Source: Eledone cirrhosa (lineage: Eukaryota). Taken from it: DNA of 64,000 nt. Both the position numbers and the translations under genes were made by a program. How positions within the stretch are numbered: the stretch's first letter is position 1; each line of letters begins with the position of its first letter. Of the stretch, positions 1 through 12,630 are shown one piece after another. Under the pieces are notes generated by a model that was not told where the DNA came from, ran no database searches, and saw only the letters and a program-made list of their open reading frames with translations. The DNA is taken from the NCBI GenBank assembly GCA_964016885.1, contig OZ024743.1:201686001-201750000 (forward strand), given 5' to 3'.

Positions 1-47
1 TAATTGTATATTAAACATATATATATAAGTATAAATATTAGTATTAT

Positions 48-49
<2 letters not shown>

Positions 50-108
<59 letters not shown>
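50..108. repeat. (TA)n microsatellite, one of many in the window (also ~533-618, 5316-5418, 12433-12516, 34398-34452, 39834-39927, 51655-51733)
   Basis: Pure TA run seen directly. Confidence 0.98.
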
Positions 109-112
<4 letters not shown>

Positions 113-481
113 AGACTTTCCCATTAAGAAGGACGTGTGAGAGCCTAGTCATTTGATCGATCGGACAAGTTATCTATCTATACATATATATAAAACTGTA
201 GTTGTCTGTGTGTGTGTCCTAATTTGGGCAAAGTCTATACAAATCCACATTTCTACTCTGATTGACTTCAAACTTGCATTTATATATTCCTTGCGGTCTA
301 AAGGTATTAACTGCATCTTTTATTTTTCAATTTTCTGTTGTTAAAGGGGTGTTAGGCGCCGGTTATCGATCTCCGTTGCACCCTTATAATATATGTCTGT
401 ATGTCTGTATGTCTGCATAACGACATTCTGACGAACACGTCATTGATGACGTATTATCTTCGCCACACACACACACACACA

Positions 482-513
<32 letters not shown>

Positions 514-522
514 TATATATAC

Positions 523-620
<98 letters not shown>

Positions 621-631
621 CACATATACAT

Positions 632-666
<35 letters not shown>

Positions 667-735
667 CGTACATATACAAACGCATATACACATATATATT
701 TACACATATACATATATATAAATATATACATAAAA

Positions 736-736
<1 letters not shown>

Positions 737-797
<61 letters not shown>
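737..797. repeat. (TATC)n/(GATA)n microsatellite
   Basis: About 15 TATC units. Confidence 0.97.
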
Positions 798-2429
798 AGT
801 CACTCCTTCCTCTAAAAGCCGTACAAAGTGGACATGTTTATCGGGCAGATGGATCAGGTGAAACTCTACACCAGGCCTTCGCGAGAAATTCGCAAGGGAC
901 TGCACCGAGAGGGATAGAGAGAAAGAGTAACTTAGTGGAAAGAGTGCGAATGAACTTTTGAGGTAAGTAGCCTACGCCTTACTACTATGACACTGGAACC
1001 TTCTGCCAACTCAATATGTGACTTTCTCTTTCACATTTACTCCAATAGGCCAAAACAGAGGAGTATGAAATGAGGGGGAGGGGGGTCAACAATATTTCCA
1101 TGAACAATGCACGTAGACAGCTAAACTGTGCTTTCAACTTCTTAATTTTATCCAAATAAAACAAGTTTCCTGTCGGTATATTTTCGTGAGTTTTTAACAG
1201 GCAGTCACAAACAAACGTTTCTCATTGGACGTGCTATTACCAATGTTCTTACTCGTGCAACGCCGGGATACACTGTTAGTTTATAATATAACGTGTGAAG
1301 TGGCTACTTATTTCACAGGCATGATACCTTTAGTATAATTCTTTAATGGAATCAACGTAACACGATTGTGAGAAGGGTGCACCTTTGAATATCAGCTGTA
1401 ATTTTCGTCTACCCACTTTTACTGACAAGACTTGAGATTCAGCCTAAGGCTATGTTAAAAGAGATTTGCCAAGACACTTATCATGGCGTTATGCAAAATA
1501 TGAATATCTTCCCAGGAAGGGTTCCAAGTGTGCTGCCTTGCTCTGCTACCAATTATCGATACTAATTTACATCAGCCACAAAGGATGTTCTCTATGCTAT
1601 CAGTGAGCTAACGAATCAACCTCTATGGAAGTGGTTCCCAATCTGTGCACCACGGCCCAGCGGTGGGTCGCTAGACATATTAATGTGCAACACGAAAAAT
1701 AATGATTTTATTTCAAAATGTGAAAAATATACATTGTTCTTATATAACTGTCTAAATGGGAAGGAACCAAACTAAAAATGAAAACAATGCCAAGAAACCT
1801 CAAACACATGTTCCTTACTGGTTAATTTGCTCTATGTATTGACTAAAGAAGGTAGTATAATTATTTTAAATGTATTTTTAAATTCCTATATTTCCGATAT
1901 GCTAATATGTATTAATATCGTTTTTGAATAAATTATTGGATTAAGGTATAAAGTGTGCCAAAATATATTTACTTGTTCTAAAGTGTCACTTGTTTACTAA
2001 AAAATGTCTTGTAACAACTGTCTCTTTGGTGTCACCTAAATAACGACTTCTAACTTAGGAACAAGGCCAGCAAAAAGATGAAAGGCAAAGTTGACACCGG
2101 AGGAGCTTGATCTCTGAATACAAGAAACTGAAACAAATGCTGCAGGACTTTCTGTTCGATGCCCTAATGATTCTGTCATCCAACTGTCCTTGGTGTCGCC
2201 AATAAAACAAACAATCGTCTACGCTGTCACTGAAACAACGAAAAAATATCCGGTTATTGAAAAACAACAACAAGCAGACGGGAGATTATGTATGCAATCC
2301 ACGAGCTGCTAAAAATAGCAGCTTCAAATCACAAGTTACTGTTATTTTAAAACAAGAAGTACACTTTCGACAATTTAGTATTTGATTTAAGATAGTCACT
2401 ACTGTAGCGCTTATTTTGGTTTGATCTGA

Positions 2430-2750
2430 GCTGAAACACCATCCTCCGTCAGTTTCGACGATGCGAGTTCCAGTTGTTCAGAGAGCGGAACAACATGATA
2501 ATGGAATTAATATGCCAGTGACTGAGAATTCCACAAACAAGGCTACCCTTAACGTAGTTCTCAGGATAATTCAGCTTGACACAGTGTGTGACAAAGCTGG
2601 CTTTTTGAATTACAGGTATAACTCCTTGCTTGTTGAGTGAACTGGAACAACGGAAAATAAAGTAACATGCTCAAGGACACAACGCGCAGCCTAGAATGGA
2701 ACTCCTCAGTCAGTAAACCACGTTCCTTCACAAACAACCACAAAATAAAG
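2430..2750 (-). mobile_element. Decayed tRNA-headed SINE, same family as 63570-63860; a related fragment lies at ~3005-3160
   Basis: Reverse complement contains GTTGTGTCCTTGAGCA and CTGTAATTCAAAAAGCCAGC...CCTGAGAACTACGTTAA, matching the plus-strand copy near 63640-63780. Confidence 0.6.
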
Positions 2751-3405
2751 TTGAATTGAATCAAAGTAGATTATAATTTCCTGCTGAGAGAAATGAACGG
2801 AACCGTGCAAGAATTTGAACACAGAATCATTAAGCCTGCATCCCATTAATGTATAACTTGCTGGATATGTTACCTCTAAAACTGTACAAGTACTAACTAT
2901 TGTATTTATAACGAAGCTAGCTCTTTCATTTCAATGCTAAATATCTCAGTCATGGAATACACCTCTATTGGTTTAGACGTTCCACTTTTTCGACCACTTA
3001 TACTTTTAAGGTAATTCTCAGGTACATTCAGCGTGACACAGGGTATAACAAGGTAGGCTTCTAGGATTACAGACACAGTTCTTCTGATAAGCTTTCAAAC
3101 ATTTTTCGTCTACCCAACCTCACTTACAAAACACGAGTGGGCTTGAGGTAATAAATAGTATATGTCGCTTGACCATCAACCCGGATCTTATTATAAACAA
3201 AACACTATTATTTATTAGAAGTTTGGGTTTGTGGTTATAAGTTTGATATTTCAAAAATTTCATATTTTTCAAGAAAAAACACATTTTTTAAAAATTTATC
3301 AGTTCATATAATTAAATCAACAGAGTATATATTTATTTTATTACACAAGCTTATCAAAAGCAAACAAGTAAAAACAAATAACACTTATAAAGCAACTTAT
3401 ACACG

Positions 3406-4473
3406 TCATAAATGACTGGATTTCCTGGATTTGCGGTTGTAATCCAGGTCGCATTCCCGCACTAGGCCCCAGATATAGTCCCCCATCATTGTTTCCTTGT
3501 AGTGGCTCTGGTACCTCCGCTCTATCTCTTTCACATCTTGGTGGAATCGTTCGCCTTGTTCTTCTGAGTAGGCGCCCATATTGTCCTTGAACTTTTACAG
3601 GTGAGCGACCAGCATATGGAGTTTAAGCGACATCCTGCATCCCATGGCGCCAAAAACCTTTATCAGATCCTGAACCAGTTGCTGGTAGTTTTCAGCTCTG
3701 TAGTTGCACAGGAAGCCCTTAACAACTGCCTTGAAACAGTTCCATGCTGTTCTCTCAATCCTATTGAGCTTATTGGAGAACTCGGTAGACTCAAACACCT
3801 TCTTTATCTGAGGTCCACCTTTGATTTTGGCCTCAGATAACTTAGGGAAGAACTCAAGAAGGTACTTAAAAGCGGCTGATTCTTGGTTGAGAGTTTTCAC
3901 AAAATGCTTCATCAACCCCAACTTAATGTGCAGTGGCGGCATGAGCACAATCCTGGGATCAACCAGTGGCTCCCACATGACGTTCTGGGTCCCAACTACA
4001 AATTCTGTTTGCTGCTCCCAGTTCTTTCTTTTGTAGTGGTCAGAGGTGGCTCTGCTGTCCCAAAGGCAGAGGAAGCATTGGAATTTGATAAAGCCTCCTT
4101 GGAGTCCAAGCAGGAAAGCCACCATCTTGAAGTCTCCAATGATTTCCCAATTGTACTGGTTGTATTGCAGAGCTTCCAAGAGGACTTTCACGCTGTTGTA
4201 ATCTTCCTTCAGGCAGACTGAATGAGCTAGGGGCAGTGTCGGGAACTTGTTTCCATTGTGGAGGAGGACAGCCTTCAAACTTGTGGTGGAGCTGTCTATA
4301 AATAGCCGCCACTCCTTGGGCACAAACGGCACCCCAATAACGTCAAACAGTCCAGGCACGTCATGGCAGAAGCAGAGGCCATCCCTAAGAGTGTAAAAGC
4401 CTGAGAAAGGTTCGTGTCGACTTCTCTGACTTGTGACCTGCACTTCCTCCTTGGCCATGTTCCACTGCTTCAT
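3406..4473 (-). pseudogene. DDE transposase remnant, Chapaev3/CMC-like DNA transposon
   Basis: Motifs WRLFIDSSTTSLKAVLLHNGN, GDFK, CFLCLWDSRA and MPPLHIKLGL. After an in-frame TAA at 3595-3597 the frame continues SEEQGERFHQD...RRYQ...MMGDYIW to a TGA at 3406. Inverted subterminal motif AAGTTTGGGTTTGT (~3219) / ACAAACCCAAACTT (~4735). Superfamily assignment is from memory of motifs. Confidence 0.75.
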
Positions 4474-5312
4474 CCTGGAGACGAATGCTTAAACATAACT
4501 TACCCTTTATTCAGGGTGCGAAAATCCAGTATCAATAAATCTCTTTAATCCACTTTTTAACAATTTTATACTTTATTGCACTTTTATAATTTTCTTTAGG
4601 TATTACTCTTTATTTTATAATTTTAATTTAACCTGAAACCTATATAAACAAATCATTTAACATAAGCAAATTAAACTTATATACAATGTAAAATGAAGCA
4701 TACAAATAATTCTAGTGAATAGCTTAGAATTTTAACAAACCCAAACTTTTAACTATTTAATAGCACTTTTTTAAATTTATTAGGGACATAAGCAACACAA
4801 AAAAGTGATTACAAGCCAGGAACAGAGAATATTTTTTTTTATTTTACACGGTGTAATGCCCCAGCATCAATAATTGAATGAAGACCATTTGTTCAACATA
4901 TGGTATGTCTTGAAAGATATTGATTCTATGTTTATAGCTGTAAGGTGATGAGCTTATCTTATATAACCTCATCATTAGATTATACGGTGTATTTAACGAC
5001 TCCATCCTCATGAATGTCCGCATAATATGATTATACGACAGCAAGCTACGCATTAGGGATGCTCTACGCTGTTACTCAACCTACTAGAAATAGCATCCAA
5101 AACTCCCTACACCAAACCTCAACACACATACACACATTCTCACACAAGCACAGATACAATTTTAGGGAAAATTTACTTGCAATAATTAACAGTTCAACAG
5201 GACAATTAAAGAGTAATGTTAGCATATACTGTTGCTTGATTTTAGAGAAACAAAATATATACAATTTATTAAAAAATGTCTAATTATGAAAGATGAAGTA
5301 CATATATGTATG

Positions 5313-5422
<110 letters not shown>

Positions 5423-5469
5423 AAGGAAAAGCGAAGTAGTTTCAGATGTTCAAGTCCTTTAATAATAAT

Positions 5470-5543
5470 GCTGTGATATATATTTCAGTGACGACACTGG
5501 CCACACTGTTCTGTGTGCGAGTGTCGTGTCATCATCAGACAGC
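5470..5543 (-). ncRNA. Type I hammerhead ribozyme, family A
   Basis: Reverse-complement copy of 6685-6758. Confidence 0.85.
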
Positions 5544-6684
5544 TTGTTACATAATAAGGTTGTTTCCGAGGCAATCCAAATTGAATCGATAATTTAGCTC
5601 CGATTAGTTGAGCGCTCTATGATGTAACCGATACGGTGGAGAAGAGAGGAACCAACTAAGAGCTACCCCGGAAATTCCCTCTACCATGGGGATGAAAACC
5701 CCTGACACTGGACGGGCGTAATAGTAACTTTCGGCAGGATAAATACGCGGAAACAAAAAATAAGATAAACCCCTATTTTCCTGCACCAAATCGCATTTGA
5801 ACAGAAGCCCCCTCAATTCAATCTATACATGGACAGATGGACAATCATATGGATCATTTTGCATATATGTACTCTGTGTTTTTGCATTTATTCACTATTG
5901 GTTCTGTTCTTTTCTTTTCTTTTGTGTACTTTATGTCTGTTTTTCTTTGATTTTGTTCCATGTGATAGAAATTATGACCGTGCAAACAGATTGACTAATG
6001 CCTTGAACCATGTAGTTTGCCCTCCGTTATAATGTACGGCACTGTCGTCCAATACGTGGATAGAGTAACTGTGACACTAGAATCCCTCTCAGAACTTATT
6101 ACTTAAACATCTCTCTCCATATTATTTACTCACTTCAATCTATATTTTTACTCAATCCGAATTATCACTTGAAAAATTTTTGAATTTAGAATTTTTGAAT
6201 TTTTAATTGTTTAATTTATAATCTCTGATATTCGATTTAGGATTTTAATTTTTATTTCCAACTCTCACTCTTAACTTACAATGTAAAACCATAGTACCTA
6301 GAATTAAGTTTATTTTCCCTTATCAGTTGATGGTCAGTCTTGCTGTCAACGCTTAGTGAAAGGTAGTATTATGACCTATAAAAACTGACACCCTCCCATC
6401 TCCTCTGGCTTTCGGCTGACTGCCACAGTAGTGATGGGTAGCAGTAAACTTTGGTAGGGCATAGGTGGGCCATTGTTTTGGCAGAGAGGGTGAACTGACA
6501 GCGAATTACTTTGAAATATGCGGTGGCTAATGGTCAACTTCCTTCGGACATGCGCTTGCGCAGACCGGTGGCGGTGAATTGGTACTCACAAGGGAACGGA
6601 TGAAAAACCCAAAAGCACGAACTTCATCCGTTCCCATGTCGATTCAATTTGGATTGCCTCGGAAACAACCTTATTATGTAACAA

Positions 6685-6758
6685 GCTGTCTGATGATGAC
6701 ACAACACTCGCACACAGAACAGTGTGGCGAGTGTCGTCACTGAAATATATATCACAGC
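6685..6758 (+). ncRNA. Type I hammerhead ribozyme, family A
   Basis: GCTGT-CTGATGA-[long stem II TGACAC..ACACTCGC..GCGAGTGTCGTCA]-GAAA-TATATA-TC-ACAGC; stem I GCTGT/ACAGC. Confidence 0.88.
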
Positions 6759-6948
6759 ATTATTATTAAAGGACTTGAACATCTGAAACTACTTCGCTTT
6801 TCCTTATTCGATATTTACTCAGTCACTCCTATGTGGAAAAAGTACTTTGAGTGCTTGAATTGAATTGCATCAATGTTTACCCTAATATATATATATATAT
6901 ATACACTGATATTAAATAAATGGAAAATTATATTTATAAAACCATATT

Positions 6949-7012
6949 TATTTTATTATATATATTTCAAGGGTACCAAGACAATATTGGTACGCTTTCA
7001 TCAGATAAAATA
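6949..7012 (-). ncRNA. Type I hammerhead ribozyme, family B
   Basis: Minus strand TATTTTAT-CTGATGA-AAGCGTACCAA tattgtc TTGGTACCCTT-GAAA-TATATA-TA-ATAAAATA. Confidence 0.88.
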
Positions 7013-7155
7013 CAAAGTTTGTTTTATAAATAGAGACGTACCCATGAAAATCACACCTCATCGGTTGGAAATTCACTGGAAATTCACTGGGTAGAATTTC
7101 CAACCGATAAGGTATGCTTTTCATGGGTACGTCTCTATTTATAAAACAAACTTTG

Positions 7156-7219
7156 TATTTTATCTGATGATAGCGTACAAATGTTGTCTTGGTACCCTTG
7201 AAATATATATAATAAAATA
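7156..7219 (+). ncRNA. Type I hammerhead ribozyme, family B
   Basis: TATTTTAT-CTGATGA-TAGCGTAC..GTACCCTT-GAAA-TATATA-TA-ATAAAATA; 8-bp stem I. Confidence 0.85.
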
Positions 7220-7354
7220 AATATGGTTTTATAAATATAGTTTTCCATTTATTTAATATCATTGAATATTTACTCCAGTAACTTGTTGAGTGCTCTAAAT
7301 CAGTTATAAACATTTATATTTGTCGGACTTCCAACAAATTAAATACCCCTTCTA

Positions 7355-7394
<40 letters not shown>

Positions 7395-7547
7395 AATTTT
7401 GAGTATATGTTGGTTGTTTACCGACACCCTAGTATGCAGATTGGAGCACTTGACGAAGTACGCAGGTTGGTTTGGTTACTCCGGTGTAATGTAAAATAAA
7501 GTAATTAAGTCAAATATTTAAAATTTGGCTTCGTTTATTAAGTATGT

Positions 7548-7602
7548 ACTGCTGTATATATTTCGGTGACAGCCATCATTGGCTGTGACCTCTTCAGGCA
7601 GT
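7548..7602 (-). ncRNA. Type I hammerhead, family C, with a U16.1-to-C mutation
   Basis: ACTGC-CTGAAGA-GGTCACAGCCA atga TGGCTGTCACC-GAAA-TATATA-CA-GCAGT. Confidence 0.8.
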
Positions 7603-8480
7603 CCGAATTGGTGTGGTAGAGACAGGTACACATGTTGTTAAAGTGTTTTACTCCGTCAATACTCCGATATGTCCAGCTCCTGGTTGGGTTGTTATTTCTC
7701 TGAGGAACTGGAATCATATGAATTCGAACAAATGAATTTCGGCATCATAGGACACTCTCTCCTCCCATTGATCAGTTGTGAGAACATTCCTCAGCCAAAA
7801 GTCTATAGAAATCTTTTTCTGAGGCAAGACAATCTGTTGTGGTTGTTTTTGTTAAGTACAGCTGACCTCCTCCCTTGGGTTTATTGGTGTTAGGGGGTTA
7901 GCTGGCAGGTCAGCTTTAGTTCTACTGCTGCTGTCTTTAGAAGAATGAGTGTGTATGGGTTGGCATCAATCCTACCACCCTTTCACGTGGTGGGGGTTGC
8001 CCAACAGATAATGAAATAAGATAAAGTAAAATGAAGAAATAAAAAAATATATATATAATAAGATAAGATACAATAAAGAGAAGAAGCAAAGAAAAAAATA
8101 AATAAATAAAATAGAATAAAATGCATGTTTATTATAGCCAATATCAAATATCCAAGAAGAATAAAGTGCGTGTGTGTTACGATATTAAAGTTTGAAAGAT
8201 TTGGAAAATATTGACTGAAGTAAAAAAGTTGTGTCAGAATCGGGAAATGCAAAGGATTACTCAGAAAAAAATTTCCATAGACTTTTGACTGAGGAATGTT
8301 CTCACAACTGATCAATGGGAGGAGAGAGTGTCCTATGACGCCGAAATTCGTTTGTTCGAATTCATATGATTCCAGTTCCTCAGAGAAATAACAACCCAAC
8401 CAGGAGCTGGACATATCGGAGTATTGACGGAGTAAAACACTTTAACAACCTGTGTACCTGTCTCTACCACACCAATTCGG

Positions 8481-8535
8481 ACTGCCTGAAGAGGTCACAG
8501 CCAATGATGGCTGTCACCGAAATATATATACCAGT
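8481..8535 (+). ncRNA. Type I hammerhead, family C, with a mismatch in the first stem I pair
   Basis: ACTGC-CTGAAGA-stem II-GAAA-TATATA-TA-CCAGT. Confidence 0.8.
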
Positions 8536-8692
8536 ACATACTTAAACGAAGCCAAATTTTAAATATTTGACTTAATTACTTTATTTTATATATATATATA
8601 TATAGTAAAAAATTGAACGGGAACAAAACAGAGAGGCAGTACGAACAAAGGTTTATTAGTTTCATTCTCTTGAGAGTGGGGTGGTGGTGCAG

Positions 8693-8727
8693 AACGACGT
8701 TTCGGGCATAAGCCCTTCTTCAGGTGA
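8693..8727 (-). ncRNA. Minimal type I hammerhead, family D
   Basis: CAC-CTGAAGA-AGGGC ttat GCCC-GAAA-CG-TC-GTT; stem I is weak. Confidence 0.75.
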
Positions 8728-10093
8728 AAAGTGTGTGGGAAGAGAGTTTCAAGGGTGTGTAGGGGAGTGGTGGAGAGACATATAGAAAAAAGGGGGTGAG
8801 AGGAAACGGTACAAATGAAATTAACTATAAAAGCATGATAAAAATAAAAATACACATGAAGTAAAACAGGTGGTGAAAGGGTGTGGGGCGTGTAGGGATG
8901 GTGGCGGGTGGAGTGGGGAGAGGGAGACGGGATGTCCGAGCGGGGAGGGCTGAAGTTGGTGTGTGTGTGTGTGTGTGTGTATGTGAAAGTAAGAGTTGGG
9001 GGAAGAACGGGGTTGCATGTTCAGGAAGAGGTGTGTGTGGGGTGGGGTGTAGGTCGGAGTGAGTGTGCGTGTGTGGATAGAGGGGTGGGGGAGAGGATTC
9101 CGGAGGCTGAATGTGTAAATATGTGGTGGTACACACGTGTGTGTGTGGTGTTTATGCGTGTTGTGGATGTAGGTGGCGTGTGGGCAAAAAATGTTTTTGG
9201 GGTGTATGTCCGTGGGTAAGTCCTTAAGGTAATTCCGTAGACGATGTGGTGGAATGCTGAGTAATATCCTTGGGATGTGGCGGATTCTAGGGATCGAGGT
9301 GCACATATGTGTAATCCGTGAAGAGATTGGTCGGAAGAGGGGAGATGTGGGATGCGCGCGCTACAGGAAGTGGTCAGAGGGTCAAGGCAGGAAGAGGGTT
9401 GTGTGTCTGTGTGTGCGGGGAGGTGGTCAGAGAGGCATAGCAGCAGTAGGGTAGAATGGTAAGTGAAGAAAGTCGGTGTGTGAGTGTGTGCGGAGGTGCG
9501 GTGGACAGGGGAGAGGATGGGTAGGTGTGAATGTTGAAGTGAGGAGGGGGTGTGTGTGTGTATTAGTAGAGGTGTTAGTGGGATGTGTGTGTGTTTGAGA
9601 AAGGGTGCGGGTGGAGCGGGGAGAGAAGGGTTTGGGGGACGATGGAGGGAGTGTAGTGTACTGGTGTGTGTGTGCGTGTTTGGATGAGTGTGTGTGTGGT
9701 GAAGGGGGTGTTAGTGGGTGTTAGTATACTGGAGGTGGAGAAAGGGTTGAATGCGGGTGTGAGTGGGGGTCGGTGGTGGTAGGGTGTGTAGAGTGGGTGG
9801 TGTGAGAGGGTGTGTGTGTTCGTGTGCGTAGGGTTGGGGGGTGTTAGTGATGTTAGTTGCGGGGTGGTGGGGTGGATGTGTGGGGGTGAGAGTTAGTGGT
9901 GGTAGTAGGGTGTGTGTTTAGTGTGAGCGCGTGTATATATGTACCGGTGGGTGTGTGCGTGTGATAAGGAGGGGGGAGAAGAAGGGAGGGATGTTAGTAT
10001 GTTAGTTGGGGAAGGGTGGTCGGGTGTAGGGTGGAGGTGTTAGTATTGTTAGTTGTGGGGTGGGCGGTGAAAAGGAGGGGTGTGTTAGTGGTG

Positions 10094-11892
10094 TTAGTGA
10101 TGGATATGTGTGGGGGGAGGGGGAAGTCGTAGGCTAAAGGAATAAGGGTGGGGAGTTCAGGCCGGGGGGAGTGTGGGTCTGTAGGGTGAAGATGGTTCGT
10201 TGTTCGACCCTGAGGAGAGTGGCGGGTGTTCCGTGGCATTGGAGTAGGCCACAGACTGTGAGGTGGTGTGCGGAATGTCCAGGGGCACCAAAGTGGCGGG
10301 CGATGGGGGAACTACCACCGAGACGAATATCTCGGAGGTGTTCAGTAAACCTGTCCGCCAGGCGACGTCCAGTCTGTCCGACGTAAGTCGCGCTGCACTC
10401 CGTGCAGCGATATCCGTTGACTAGGTTGGAGGAGGTGCAGCAGAAGGCATGCCGGACAGAGAGAGAGTGGCCGTTGGGACCCTGGAAGGTGGTGGTGTTG
10501 GTGATGTGGGGACAGGTGTTGCAGCGGGGCCTGGAACAGGGAAGGGAACCGGGGGAGGGAAGGAGAGCGTGGGTTGGAGGGTAAGGAGCTATGGACGAGG
10601 AGGGTGCGGAGATTGCGTGCGCGTTTGAAGGAGGGGAGTGGTGGGGCTGGGAAGATGTGGGAGGTGGAGGGGTCGGACTGGAGGCGGAGGAAGAGGCGGA
10701 GGATGGTGCGGTGGAGGGGTATGGTGGAGGGGTGGTAGGTGATGGGGAAGGGGGAAACGGTGGGTGGGTGTGCGGTGGCGTGGGGTGAGGGTGGTGGAGC
10801 GGTGGACAGTACGGGCGCGGGTGAGAGCTGTGTGGACGAGAGAGTGGGGTAACCGCTGCGGATGAAATGGCTGACTAGGGAAAGGGCCTGGGACTCAAAG
10901 TCAGCATCTCGGCTACAGAGGCGGCGGATCCTGAGGAGTTGGGAGTAGGGAATAGAGTGTTTAGTGTGTGTGGGGTGGGAAGAGGTGAAGTCGAGGTAAG
11001 AGTGGGAGTCTGTGGGTTTGAAGAAGGCGGAGGTGACGAGGGAGTGGTGGGAGGGGTCGAAGGCGACGGAGATGTCTAAGAAGTGGACGTGGGTGGTGGA
11101 GATAGAGGTGGTGAAGTGGAGGGAGGGGTGGAAGGAGCAGAAGGAGAGAAAGGAGTCGAGCTGTTCTCCGGTGAAAGTCGTGGCTCCGATACAGTCGTCG
11201 ATGTAACGACCGTACAGTTCTGGCGTGGGGCCGGTGTACTGGGCTAAGATTTGGGCCTCAACACCGCCCACAAAAATGTTGGCATAGTTTGGGCCCATTC
11301 TTGTACCCATGGCTACCCCCGTGACCTGTTGGTAAAACTCACCCGAGAAGGAGAAACAGTTGAGGTGAGGGCCAGCTCGGCGAGGCGAAGGAGGGTGGGG
11401 GTGGAGGGGATGGGGGAGGGGCGAAGGTCGAGGTAGTGCTTGAGGGCACGTAGGCCGTCGGCGTGGGGAAAGACGGTATAGAGGGACTTGATGTCTAGGG
11501 TGAAGAGGAAGGGCTGTGGGCCGGGTGGGAAGGTGAAGGAGTCGAAAAGGCGCAGGGCGTGGTTGGTGTCGGAGATGTGGTAGAGGAGGGTGGTGACAAG
11601 GGGGGCGAGGATGGAGTCAAGAAAGTCGGAGATGAGTTCGGTGGGGTAGTTGCAAGTGGAGACGATGGGGCGGCCGGGTTTGTCGGGTTTGTGGAGTTTG
11701 GGGAGGAAGTAGATGGTGGGGGTGCGAGGGGTGCGGACGTCGAGGTGGGAAGCGGTGGGGGTGGAGGAGACAAGGTGTTGGATGGTGGAGGAAACTTGTT
11801 GTTGGTAGAGGGGTGTGGGATCGGAGGGTAGAGGGCGGCAGAAGAGGGGGTTACGGAGCTGCCTGAGGGCTTCGGCCGTGTAGAGGTCCGCG
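10094..11892 (-). pseudogene. Frameshifted PLE RT-GIY-YIG polyprotein
   Basis: YFLPKLHK..PGRPIVS, TLDIKSLYT, MGTRMGPNYANIF, RYIDD, HFLDI, KPTDSHSYL, linker CSRPRCNTC, endonuclease YVGQTGRRLADRFTEH...PGLN. Confidence 0.92.
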
Positions 11893-11999
11893 ATATATAT
11901 ATATATGTGTGTGTGGAAAAGAATGAAACGAAATTTCATTTCTTACTGCTTTACTTTTTTCTTTACACTTATTCGCTTTTCTTCACTCTCAGTATTTTT

Positions 12000-12430
12000 T
12001 CTTTCATATATATCTTTACCCCTCATTGTTCTACCTACCGTTCCGACTTCGTCCCCCTCCCCCTCCCCAGTATCTTCTTTGACCTCATGCCCAGCTGTAG
12101 CTGGCACTACCAACGCTTGATTTGGTCTACTCCACCCCCTCCCCTCTTTCTCCTACTGGCAAGTTTAGCCACCATCCCCCCTACTAATTTTCAATCACAG
12201 AATTCCTACTGACTTTTGACAATCACTTTGACCATATATGGAATTACTCCTTGAGAAGATCGGCTATTTAAATACCAGGATAAATTTTCATTTAGTCCAG
12301 AATTAGACGTCGAAACGGCTTGAGCTCAGCCGTCGGGGTCTTACTGGTTCCTATTACCCACTCTACTACCCCAAGTATTGAGTACTTTGGTGCGTTATGG
12401 TCTACCTGGTTCCTTACCACATTTCCTTCG

Positions 12431-12432
<2 letters not shown>
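12000..12432 (+). mobile_element. pLTR fragment of family E (also 30615-32155 and 36799-36993)
   Basis: Shares CAATCACTTT..CCATATATGGAATTAC..GAGCTCAGCCG..TTCCTTACCACATTTCCTTCG with 31940-32152; ends at (TA)n. Confidence 0.8.
12246..12339 (+). ncRNA. Variant type I hammerhead, family E, core UUGAGAA
   Basis: ACTCC-TTGAGAA-[stem II]-GAAA-CGGCT tgagctc AGCCG-TC-GGGGT; stems I and III pair. Confidence 0.65.
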
Positions 12433-12518
<86 letters not shown>

Positions 12519-12590
12519 GTAAAGTAGTATATATATATATACATACATGCACACATATATATGTACGTATATATATATATATATATATAT

Positions 12591-12630
<40 letters not shown>

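Larger units (their letters stand above)
6907..7261. repeat. Fold-back inverted repeat, ~168-bp arms with ~20-bp spacer, made of pLTR sequence
   Basis: 6907-7074 is the reverse complement of 7094-7261 with a few mismatches. Confidence 0.9.
7492..8588. mobile_element. PLE-type element with ~330-bp inverted arms (7492-7823 / 8259-8588), each carrying a hammerhead
   Basis: Arms are reverse complements (the near-identical ORFs 7669+ and 7983- reflect this); right end abuts (TA)n. Confidence 0.82.
8604..11892 (-). mobile_element. 5'-truncated GC-rich Penelope-like retroelement (Neptune-like), inserted in (TA)n
   Basis: RT and GIY-YIG coding remnants, ~1.5-kb AC-rich 3' region, terminal hammerhead; (TA)n on both sides (8587-8603, 11893-11906). 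Confidence 0.88.

Noticed and set aside
425-462. CTGACGA followed by an ACGTCA/TGACGT hairpin
   Set aside because: No GAAA-UH half follows, so it cannot be called a hammerhead.
401-721. ORFs rich in YI, HT, CV, ER or poly-F/S/R here and throughout (e.g. 19018-20549, 25259-26718, 40035-40340, 59304-59990)
   Set aside because: Translations of microsatellites, which lack stop codons; not proteins.
1628-2020. Possible hAT-type terminus (AGTGGTTCCCAATCTGTG)
   Set aside because: No matching inverted terminus or TSD could be found by eye.
6817-6858. ACTCA...AAAAGTACTT-TGAGT, resembling hammerhead stems I and III
   Set aside because: The CUGANGA core is absent.
8289-8355. CTGAGGA...GAAA motif (also CTGAGGA at 7700)
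   Set aside because: Stem I and stem II do not pair; likely chance matches.
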